This document shows, in pieces, positions 52,364 through 64,000 of a stretch of 64,000 nt of DNA. Every line of letters begins with the position of its first letter. The stretch's first letter is position 1. Source of the stretch: Trichoplax adhaerens (lineage: Eukaryota > Animalia > Placozoa); assembly GCF_000150275.1 (NCBI RefSeq), contig NW_002060965.1, positions 496,001 to 560,000 on the forward strand, read 5' to 3'. A program made the translations under genes and the position numbers. The notes beneath the pieces are model-generated. The model did no database searches. It was not told where the DNA came from and saw nothing but the letters and a program-made list of their open reading frames with translations.

Positions 52364-54426
52364 AGACACCATTGATTGATATATTCAATTCAACATTAAA
52401 ATGACTTGAGGCATAAATCTCCAACTGCATAATCCGGCTTTTACATATTAGCGTACGAGTATAACATTTTATATCCAATCAATATGATTCAAATGGATGT
52501 GGCCTATTTTCTACCTCTACACTTGATATAAAATTGGTCTCTACTACACGGATCATCGGCGATTCCGGACAGTGAATTATGGTTTGTGAGAGTAATCGCT
52601 GATACAGTTCAGTATAAATTTCTACAAGCGACAAAAATTAATTCAATTAGAAAAACGCAATATTTAGTTTCCAATAGATGGCTTGAATTTATTTCATAGA
52701 TAAAATTAAAATTTTTCTATGACTACAAGTACAGTACAGTACAATGTTAATAAACGTAGTGGAAGCCAAGGAATTATTCTCCTTAAAAGCCTATTTTTTG
52801 ATATCATTTATTTCTCCGACGGTATGCTCAACATTAAGCGACTACTTTTATTTTATGCTCCCTAATGTAATGTACAGTATTATATCATCGCGCTAAACTC
52901 ATTCCTATGTTGATTACATATTTTTATCATACGTAACGCAATATCGATAACTAAAAAGTTTCATCAAGTCAAAATTTGTAAAGTCTTAAGAATAAAGAAT
53001 TGATTATTTTTCACTATTATCTTAAACAATTGATATCTCTGATTTTCAATTTCTGTATAATCCTCGCCTTTGCCAACCTTAACCAATGGTTTTGGCTTGT
53101 GGCATACGATCTTTACGATCGATAATCTCTTGAACAAATTTTTTTTTTATCTAAAGGAATACAATACATAGTTCTTTATTACGCTTTGTACATAATCCTT
53201 CATTCGATGTGCCGTAATATGATTTGTCATATTTGTCTATGTATTGAAACAAATAAAAGTCTTAATTATTCCATGACTTCGATATCTATTACTTAGTATT
53301 AAATGCTACATATTTATGTACAACATGTCCATATGCGTATATACGGTCTATTCAGATTAGCATTTAAATTTCAATGAGACGATACGCAGCTCTTGATCTA
53401 AAAATTTTGACTGTCGGCGAATGCCAATATTCAACATACGATATCTAGATTAGAAAATCTCTAGTGATCACAACATTAGTAACAGTAGTGAATTTGCCAT
53501 TCATATCAAAGAATACAAATTTCACGAATTACAGTAACTTCAATGTTGGATGTCAATATTTGAGCAACATGTGAATTTGATTTTGTAACCTAACAAACAA
53601 GTTGACTATCCTCCGAGAATTATCCATTAATTACGCAAACTTGTTAATTTCGACAATAGTGGACTCAATCTCAATCGAAACCTAATACAATCAGATACAA
53701 TTGCTCTCTAATTAAATTATCAATCGGTAAACTTAAGTGATATCGATCTAAGAGATTGGATAAGTTCAATCTTTCAACAATAAGAACACGCGACCATATA
53801 ATCTTTTCAATTATAGATGGTTATGCAATCACAGAAAATAAGGAAATTCAGATTGGACCAGAAACTATATAGGTGCACGTGTTGGACTATTGACTTACAG
53901 TTAACAAATTCACTATACGAGCAACAGATACGATCAGATTTCACACATACAGGCAACTTCGATCATTTATTAATTTATAGTTTATTATATCATTAAATAT
54001 CCTTATTAGAATAGGTAAACTACCCAATTACTGAATTGGGCACTTACAATAAATAAATGAACTTGATACATTGTTGCTTGTTTAACGAAGCTCTCGCTAT
54101 TCTCCTTAATGCGTATACCCCAATTGACATTGAAGAAAATTAAATTCAATAACTTTTATGATAAAATTATCATCGTCTACTTGACTATTGTTACTCTAAT
54201 GATTGTAGAATATTTTACTGAATTCGTAGTAAATAACGCAACACTTAATAATAGTAATGATCTAAGAACCTATCAAGCAAACGAATAGTAAATAAGAAAG
54301 ACATAATTACAATTTGAGATGAAGTTTCCTGCTACAAATCCATCTTTAAATCTACCAGTTACTTAATAATGTCATGTGAATTATCAATCGATCAAGATGT
54401 TGAAATATATTGTGACTGGGGGCACT

Positions 54427-57400
54427 TCATGCATTGGTAGAACTGAAAAATAGCGAGAAAGAAATATTTAAAATCATGTTTTTAATTCCAATAAATAATT
54501 AATTGTATTACGAATATGCATGTATACCTGGAATCTGCTCCTTGAAAGATAGATTTTCTTGTCGATATAGCGTTGCCGAATGATAAAGCAGCGCATACAA
54601 TGGAGTAGCACAAAGTGACAATGAACATCGCCAGTTTAACGTTGCTCGAAATTTGCGGTTGTCTTTCATAAGTATAATCAAGTGCAGCATTGATTATAGC
54701 AAAAACGGAAACTATTGCAGTTATACAACTAAATCCAAAGAATGCCCCCTTCTATTGAATATATCAACAGCAAATTTTTAGTAAGCAGGCCCCAATTATT
54801 TTAAAGTACAGGATAAACATTTATCATATCAATCAGAGAAAAAAAAATTTACAAACCACATCCGAACGACCACAACGAAACATGTCAATCGCGGCAATTC
54901 CAGAAGCAAATACCTGATGGTAATAAATCAATAATTGTATAATTTAGTAACATCCTCGCTGAAGTCCCTGAATAGCCTTATTATAAAATATATATAATAC
55001 TATTGATCATCAACAGAAATCATCACTGAGAATTATCATCTTACCACGCTAGACAGTATAAAATTCATAGTACTATAAGCGTAACCAACAGTTAGAGTAG
55101 TACCGATACAAGCACAAGCAAAAATGACTAGGCCTAATAAAATCTGAAAAAGTCCATTCATCCAAGCTGAGCAGAAAAGGAGCCTCGGTATATTGGAAGC
55201 ATCAGATTTTCGACTGACTCGTTGCTGTCTAGCTGCAACAAAGTAACCAACTATGCCCAGAATCACAGCAGCCCCGCCACCGAGGGAAATCACAGCAATT
55301 ACAGCACGTAATTGAGAAGTTGCAAAATTCGCATCAAAGAGATGTTTATAAGCTACTGCAGCTGTGCATAACGCTCCTGCAGACTGCATAGAAGCCATAA
55401 AAAATAGGTTGCGGTGCCAGAAAGTCTATTTCGAATGATACAAAGGGAAAACTTACACTTTCAACTAAGGATATCAACACATTAGATATTGATTTCGATG
55501 ACCGCTGAAGCGGGCTAGAAATTATTGATTATGTACGTAGTATTGATCTTGACGATGTTTAGCAAAATAAAGATATGTTTCATGATAAAAAGATTAAAAA
55601 TTACTATCGCTTACTAGTACTGGTAGTCCGTTAACGTGAATAGCAAAGCCAAAAAAACCTGTAGTGAAGAGCTGTGTGCAGGAGAACAAGGATTAATTGT
55701 TAAAAATAATAAAAATTATAGTGTACAAAAATGGTAAAACTTTTGCAAAATAAATTGAAACGGTGAAAAGCTTATGCAGTCATAGGTATGTTTTAAGCGA
55801 ATATTAGATGTAAAGTTAGATAACATTATATGGCATTTGACCATTTATTAATTTCTAATTTAAAATAGCTTAATACTAGCATAACTACTATGGCGATGAC
55901 TATGACAATCGTGCGAATAAATAGATAGTAAAAATTACTACTTACAGCACCAGCGGCTTGATAAGACATTAACGTAAAAAAGTATCCTCCACCTGAACTA
56001 AATGTTGAAACGATCGCGGCTGTAAATAACAAAAGTCCATTGATAAACTGAATGATGCTATAAATCAGATTGAGAGAACAGCGTGATTTCTCTATGGATA
56101 GATTTCTATCTTCAGGGGTAATAGCATTTTCATCTTTGGATTCGTTTCTGAAACTCATTTCACCGTCTGCCGAATACATTTCAGATCCAGTAGATTCTTT
56201 AGTGATCTTATAAATAGTAATTATAATCCAAAAGTTGGCAGTGACAGTTACGGCACATACACCAATGAGTAAACCAAAAATAGCCATTTGGGTAGTAACA
56301 AATCGTATCAATCCGGCGTTAAAAATTTGAGCATATCGGACTATAGCAGTGATTACACTGACTTGATTCCAGACAGAAAATATACCCACACCACCTAACT
56401 GTGATCATTGAAAGGTAGTATTAGCAATATTAACAATATTTACTAATTTACCATCCACCTATGCATGCTTTAGTGTGTTAGTAAGTGATGATCATAACCT
56501 TCATCATGATTTAACCACAAAGAGGAGATTGCCAGACAGTACAACAATGTAAACAAGTAACAAATTATAATTATAGGGCATCAAATAGACGAGCTTGTAA
56601 ACAATATACAGTCATCATCAGTAGACTACTACTCTTACTCGACTGATAGATAGTACAGAACTAGTTAATCTAAAGTAATATACGACATATCGATAGTTTG
56701 ACAATTTGTGTCATTAGATACTTTCATCAAAAATGCATTTCTTATGCGAACTAAAGACTTTTCACTAGGCCTCGATATTTTTCTAAAATATATGCGTATC
56801 ATGTCGCCTAGTTAAATACAAATTCACTTTCAATGATTTACAACGATTGTTGTTCAACACTATTTGAAATGAGGTGTCATATATAATATCGATTTGCACC
56901 ATACACGGAGTAAAAATAGAGCACAGACTTACTGTTTTCGATGATTCTTGCTTATTATGGTAGTAAGCCATAAGCCCACATCCTAAAGACTGTATTAAGA
57001 AATCAATACGTGTAATAAGTTATATGGTGCAAAATATGTTCATTCCAATCGTAAGCGAATTGTCATCGGCGTAAGATGAAGGGTTAAAGTTAGGATAAAA
57101 CTCATGCCGAAAATATAGCCAAAATTTCATTCACATAGTAAGTATAATTTAAGTAATCATTATTTCGTTCAATGATAATGTACAATATCGTTGATTAAGG
57201 TAGAATTGTGTGATTACCAAGTTAGTTGTAAAGAAATTGTTTATAGCTAAGGTAGATCAATAGATGCAGTCTCTGCAAAATGATAGAATATTCAGAAATA
57301 AGTATCTCACGGTGAAGATATCAGAAAAACGTCAAACAGACTGCATCGATACGAGTTTTGGAGCCAATCTACTGTCTTCCACGCCATTTTAAAGTTGTGA

Positions 57401-58626
57401 TTGATCGTGTATTCTTCAATATGTTGGTACTGAAAGAGCTATTATCATGTTCCTATCGTGAAGTTTCTGTATAACTATTATTCACTGTCAAGTCATTAAC
57501 TTATCATAAAGTATGAAAGTATTGAAAGAGTAATCAACTATCATGTTTGGTAATGAATTTTTCTGTTCAATATTCAAGTATTTAACATAATTAATGAAGT
57601 ACGCTATTTGTTTGCATCGCGTAACAGATGGAGTATGCCAGTGTACAGAACTGTATGCGTTGATTAAGTTCCATTTTCTTGTTGAAGAAATGACCTTGAA
57701 TAATCGCTGAGTGCATCCAAATCATAGTAAGTAGAATTAAATTTGTAAAACTCTATTCTAGTAACAAACTTGTGCGATCATCTTTATTTTTTACTAGCGC
57801 ACAGAATATCTCTATCATGTACTGGAAATAGTCGATGTATAGTACTTGATGGACTATTCTAATTTCTAACTGACAATAAGCAAGTTGATGAATTATTGTT
57901 GCTATTTTGACAGTATAGCAAAACTGGTATATGGTTCATGATTTTATTCCAGTTTGAATAACTGATAAAGGGTAATCGATCCTTCTACAATATACGTAAA
58001 ACAAGATTATTCAAGAGACAGTGAAAAAAATAATTTTAGAATAAATGCAAAAGTACCGTGCATTAACGTTAACGCTAATGATAGTCACTGATTTTTTCTG
58101 TTACTCTGCTTGAGCAAACAGTTGGGAAATTAAGTTTACTGTACGCAGTACAGTATTAATAATAAACACTTTAATCATTTCCTTGATAAGCAAGGAAATG
58201 ACATCATGTCTTAATACAAGGATACGTTATATCGAGTAGTCTACTCTCCTCCAGTCCTAAAACTGATTAGTTATAGTTATTATAAATAAATATATATTGC
58301 GTCATGATAATTAATTCATGTATTTTAACTATTATACAAGTGTCTAATGATGAAAATGATACGGCATTTATCTATTTTGGCCCATACTACACTTTTACTG
58401 TACTTGAGATCAACGTTGTCACTTCAAGTAAAGCAAACGCTCTCAACACTAGGTTGGATTGATCAGCTTAGTTATCTCTTACCGTTATCGAACATATAGC
58501 GGGAATCGTACATAAGGTTCCTGTATTGGCATTGCCGATCCACTCGATTGGTAGAACAATGCTCATTATAAACTGAAATAACCCCAAAACGATGTAAGCA
58601 TGGCTAATTCGCCCTATAGTAGCCAT
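54427..58626 (-). CDS. ~462-aa, ~12-TM protein of three tandem MS4A/CD20-like tetraspan modules
   Basis: Exons 58626-58483, 56989-56933, 56398-55946, 55671-55615, 55425-55045, 54913-54857, 54751-54528 and 54442-54427 total 1389 nt, all GT-AG and in phase. A TM1 motif repeats three times: LGLFQFIMSIV / YSIIQFINGLL / NGLFQILLGLV. Confidence 0.75.
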
Positions 58627-58803
58627 CTTTGCTTGATAGAATCAGGTTTTACCCGTTGATTATTGCAACTTTTCCTAATAGATCGATTGGAGACATCCAC
58701 TCAATATAACTAACTATAATGATGACAATAATAATAATTATAATGTTGATCGTTTACAACGTCAATTCAATTTGTTTCTAATCGGATTATTTTCATATCG
58801 CGA

Positions 58804-58930
58804 TACAGTACAGTACTGTACAGTACTGTAGGTGCATACTGTAGATGCAGTACTGTACTGTACAGTACACAGTACAGTACAGTACATTGTACAGTACAGG
58901 GTGTCTCATACTGTACGGTACTGTACTGCA
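58804..58930. repeat. Mixed TACAG/TACTG array just upstream of the 12-TM gene
   Basis: Nearly pure pentamer modules starting about 180 bp 5' of ATG 58626. Contains TACAGGGTGTCTCA at 58895-58908. Confidence 0.85.
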
Positions 58931-60490
58931 CACTACGTGACCGTGACAACGGATAACCCATGGCGTTAATCAAAATATCAATCAGATCATGATAGCCCTG
59001 CTAAAGATGGAGTAACCAAGCTCTGCATCTACTAACTGGATGCTTTTCGACGTCTGTGCAAAATGACTTTCCAATCATGTCTTAGTAGCCCAAGAAAATG
59101 ATTTATGTTCATTATTAAGCGATGACAACTTAATCAATGGACTACTGTGCTAGATCATTTCGCACTATAAGTCATACGGTATATCTGCACTATACTTTAC
59201 AGTACGAGTACTATTAATTAGTAGCAATCGTACGTAGCCTTGGATTGAGCGCAGCAGTAATAACGGTCGTGACGATGCCTTGACTGCAGGTATTTGATAA
59301 ATAAACACTGTCAAGATAGAGAATGATAGGCCTTCTATTTTTACCTGACCTACATTACAGCGCCATGGTAAAATCGCATAAACAGGTAGCATACAACGAC
59401 TCGATTAGACAGCTCTATCTTGAATAGATATATTTACTATTGTCCCTTCAACTAGGTATTTCTTGATATGTCGAAAATAGCCTAGTAAACGCGTTCGGTT
59501 TTGTTGAGGTTAATGGACTGTAGTGTACTGTAATCCTATCTCCGTGATTGCGATACAATTTTGGTGCAAAATTGTTTTAGATTCAGGGTTCTGTCTACGC
59601 ATACAAGTCTTTTATATAACTATCAACTCGTCCTCAACTGTAACACAATATTAAAAATAGTTGAGATTGAGTGGAATTTAGGTACTTTGATTTATCAGCA
59701 AGAGTATAAATATCATCCATCTTTATACTGTTAGATATTACCAATGGCTGACGTAAAAATCAATGAAATCCTCAAGAAGCAGAAGTGCACGCTTCCTTAC
59801 GGACTACATTTAGTAGAGGTACAACAGTATTTTATTGTAGATATAGAATTAATCATGAACATATTATCATGGCCAATGATTTGCACATTTTACGCGAAAT
59901 AAAAAATGCTAATAAAATCAACCAGTTGCATTATAGTAGGTAAGGCTGACGTAATTTTTAGTCAATACTCATGAATTCCTAGTCAATCATCAACAACTTT
60001 ATTGCTATGTTACGCTGTACGAATTATATTATACATCGATGTCAATAATAAAGTGAAGTGAATGCTGCTGGTAAAAGGGCGCGCCCCTACAAATGACGAT
60101 CATCTACAGCGCTAGATCGTAAAATAATCGACGATAGCAGCGATATTCCTAAATTATCCGATAATAGATATTTCCCCCCCCCCCCCAAAAAAAAACTGTC
60201 ACCAACTAACATCGAGTTGTGAAAGAATTGCTATTACAATCAATGGTCGAATGGCAACTTCATCCTTTGGTGTGATTCAGCGTGTGAACGCATCTCTAAA
60301 TATAACATCATGTCAAATACTTATTATAAGTTAACGTGCGATATTTAGTGTGATAAATAACCAAATAAAGTGATCACAGATTGGACTGTTTCAACAGTTG
60401 GTTATTCTAAGTATTATTGGCTAGCAAGATGGATCGGTAACGTTAAATTACACTTTTATCGCACGTGGTTGAACAATCTCGCTTGAACGG

Positions 60491-60497
60491 TATATAA
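60491..60497 (+). promoter_or_regulatory. Candidate TATA box of the T-box gene
   Basis: TATATAA about 220 bp upstream of the ATG, followed by a plausible 5'UTR intron (GTAAGT at ~60617 to AG at 60710). Confidence 0.3.
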
Positions 60498-60712
60498 CTG
60501 AGTCAATGATAAATCCAATCCGCCATTTGGTTCATATAGGAGTTACGAATACCAACTTCTGAGAACAAATTTTCAATTTTTTGGGCAAGTATAAATTGCG
60601 CTTTCATCATTTTTCGGTAAGTGCAAGCTACTATAGCATATGATTACAATGATATTCTCTTCCTGTTGCTTCCTATCAATCAGCGGCCACGTTTGTATTA
60701 TTTATTAAAGGT

Positions 60713-62334
60713 ATGGCAAATCCAAATATCCACGGAGCGATTAATGGAGTCAGCCTAAATTATTTAGTCGATTCAATTATTAGTAGTAACAATCAAGACT
60801 CACCAGCAGATAGATCGGAAGTCAATCCAACAGAACACTGTTTCAATATTTCATTAGATGCTGCGAGTTTGCCATCGCAAGGTAGCTCAACTGAGACATC
60901 GCCTAGCCATGATGGATTTCAAGCTGGCTCTATGATAACATCGAATTCATCTCAAATGCACGTGAAATTACTTCGTAATGATATGTGGCATGCTTTTGCA
61001 GCTATAGGAACTGAAATGATCATCACTAAAGCAGGACGGTAACCAATCGTAGTTAATAAGAAATATTGATTGAATACAGGAAACTGATTAGTCTGTTTTG
61101 AAGTAAATTATTTTACTGTTCATGACAGCGAGTATGTTAGATAAATACTATCACCTATTGTATGTCATTGCACGTGTTTTTTTACTGTAGAGAATGCTTA
61201 ATTTTATTTTTACAGGCGCCTTTTCCCTACTATTGATATCCATACAAGTGGTCTCGATCCGAATGGATTTTACTCTATCAAGGTGGACATCGCTGCAGCG
61301 GATGACAACCGCTATAAATATGTATCTACAACCGGATGGGTTGCAGCATCAAACGGGAATAGAGTAAATCATATAGCTGATCAGGTAGTTTTTGGGGAAT
61401 GTGAACACCCAAACTCTCCAAATTCTGGTAAATTTTGGATGAGTTGCGAAACCATTAGCTTTAAAAAGCTAAAATTGAGCAACAGCAAAGAACACTACAA
61501 GAAAAGCGATTGCGTAAGCAAGCATAAAATGTCATTGCTGCTTTGATCAACTTAACTCATTATGTACAGTATGTGTTTACCATAACTATAAATTTTTGAA
61601 TCCTTACTTAGATTGTACTGAATTCAATGAGAAGATACCAGCCAAGAATTGTGATTAGCAAATGGGATCGCGATCATACTGCTCCGGTCGATACAAAAAT
61701 TATAATCTTTCCAGAAACGAGATTTTATGCGGTCACTTGCTACCAAAATGGCCAGGTAAAAATACTTTATTACAGAGTAAAGGTGTAATGTGATGAAAGT
61801 AAGTAAAGCACAGAATTTTTTTTATCTTTGTTTAATTCATGTTAGATTACCAATCTGAAAATTCGCTATAATCCATTTGCGAAAGCTTTTCGAGATAGTA
61901 AGAGATCACAGTTAGGGGCAACAGGTGAATACAGCATCTTTGGTTATCCTCGAAATGCATTCATCAACTCGCAATTTCAGCCGTGTGTTCAATACCCAGT
62001 GTATGGGTATTATCCTAACTGTGTTAATCCAAGCCAATTGCCTACTGAACGTGGTAATAATAGAGCACTTCGAAATGAAAGACCCAATACTTTCCGACCT
62101 GATAGTGCGATTGCCACCTACTCAAGCCGAAATATGCAAAGTACATCCATGCAAGGCTATCTTGTCTCTCCATTGGCACCTGCTCTTCCATATAATAATT
62201 CTTCTAGCACTTCGCTGTGTCAGCCAGATATTGCTAGCGGTAGATATCCCTCATTAATACCGTCATTTGAAAGCCACCATCAACTTCCGCCGCCGCCGGC
62301 GTATCGTGAATGGCCATCAACACCATTTATGTGA
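60713..62334 (+). CDS. Divergent T-box transcription factor (class unassigned)
   Basis: Exons 60713-61038, 61216-61513, 61612-61755 and 61846-62334 give GTEMIITKAGRRLFP, HPNSPNSGKFWM, LNSMRRYQPR and [33 protein letters not shown], followed by a Pro/Ser/Tyr-rich tail. Confidence 0.95.
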
Positions 62335-63030
62335 TCGTGTGTAGATCAATGTTTATATTTTTGCTATTCGCCTCTATATGATCTGTAGTTCTATATTAGA
62401 TCATATCTTGAATATCATGCTAATGTCGTTATCATAATTAAAGGTTCTCTTGTATAAGTAACGCTTAAATTTCTAGAAATGATACAAATATGAATAGCAA
62501 ATTTGTTATCTTTATTTAAAGTTGAAAATTTTGGCGCTAGGAAGTAAATGAGCCTTTCAAATTAATGGCTCGTTTTAAATAAAAATATTTCGATAGAATA
62601 TAGAGCTAAAACTTCATATGGACTGAAATATAATAAACAGATACAGATGTCAGAATACAATTTATTGATCAATCGATTTCCATTTCTGTTAAACTTAACC
62701 GTTATTATCATCCTTATCGCTGATATATTATTAGCTAAGTATAATAGCCACTACTATTTCCAACTACAATTGATAGCATTTAATGTCTCTCATTGCTAAG
62801 AGTCAAAGCAGTGCTTCTGAATTTGTTAGTTAGTAATAGCTCATACTGAAGGTAATTTATCTGACGAAAATGACATTAAAATGTTAGATAGTATCGTACG
62901 GTAAATAAATAAAACCGACCGTTAGCTAGATCTAGCAATTTAGTAAAATTTTATATAAAATGTATGAGTTCTGAATTCTTCAATCACATCAGCAACCGAA
63001 GCATGAAGAGCACTTTCAATGATATGTTAC

Positions 63031-63050
63031 TATATATATATATATATATA
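63031..63050. repeat. (TA)10 microsatellite
   Basis: Perfect dinucleotide run. Confidence 0.9.
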
Positions 63051-64000
63051 GTATAACGTACGCATATATGTACGGGTGCGTGTAATCGAGCTCACTTGTG
63101 AAATAAACTGCAGAAAGGCGGCGCACTAATATCAAAATTTGAACTCAAATCTGTTAACTTAATACCTTAATACCAAAGTATATGAGTACTACTATACTAC
63201 AAAAGTCAATGCTAAAATACAGTACACGGCTACCCAGAGGCGTGATTATTTGTTTACGATAGTCGTAGGCCAATTTGGAACCTGGCAATGACATCATCAA
63301 AGTACCTCATGACGTCGTATTGTAGGATATTAATTAATTAATGCAGAGATGTAAATAGTTCGATGTCTTAGCAGCAGATAGCTTACTATAGCTTTGGCTG
63401 CCGTATGAGGCAATGTACTATGCAGTCTATTGCAGTTAAAAGTTAATTTGTTAATGTCATACAATAGCAGATCATGCACTTTACAACAATCACAAAGTAG
63501 AATAATGACTATGGGAACAAATGGTGAATGATACATACCGTCACCGAATGATACAAACCATCTTGCACTTATTAGAAAACAATTTGTAGGGATTTACTAA
63601 GTTATTCCCGTTGTTATAATCAGGAAATTCATTTCTTAATAGGAGAATTTGAATTGAATAGGTGGTCGGCATCGTATCGATTGATATTCTTTTTATTACT
63701 CCACGAAATTACAATATAAAAACAAAATTGCTCTTTGACCAACACGGAATATTATTCAATCCATCCAGTTATCCTATCAGGTAATTAATCTACAAATTAT
63801 TCATTGCGCTTGTACAGTATAGTAGATAGTATATCATATGCTGTCTATATCGTCAGCAGTAATGAGTTATTATTGTTATTACAAGTTTGCAACTGTCACT
63901 GATCAAGGCTTAATGAACTGGCGCCTATTGCAGGGCACTATCTATTAGCCTCTTTCGTAAGCTTAGCGGTACTTTAATCTTTTCAGGATAATGTGGCGAT

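Noticed and set aside
53020-54130. Possible small minus-strand gene starting MSIGVYALRRIARASLNK (presequence-like), with several exon-like pieces
   Set aside because: I could not build a phase-consistent model with plausible introns or recognisable homology; needs RNA-seq.
60174-60195. C13 followed by A9 homopolymer run
   Set aside because: Simple low-complexity run, prone to sequencing error, with no supporting context.

Overview
AT-rich, gene-dense eukaryotic DNA with many short GT-AG introns and metazoan genes. Composition and layout suggest a placozoan (Trichoplax-like); this is inference. Ten protein-coding loci were spliced by hand: CREBRF-like bZIP (+), ENTPD4/7-like NTPDase (-), a TPR-like gene (-), RRP5/PDCD11 (+, about 47 exons), GOT1 (-), GLUD1 (-), NELF-A (-), an intronless GT31 glycosyltransferase (+), a ~462-aa membrane protein built from three tandem tetraspan (MS4A/CD20-like) modules (-), and a divergent T-box factor (+). 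No rRNA, tRNA or CRISPR was seen. Three observations stand out. (1) Mixed-orientation TACAG/TACTG arrays match stacked Tc1/mariner excision footprints and cluster at gene 5' ends, near TIR relics. (2) The triplicated 12-TM protein, only partly captured by the ORF track, has three 57-nt exons at equivalent positions. (3) The ENTPD gene has intact ends, but its central catalytic exons are absent from the window.
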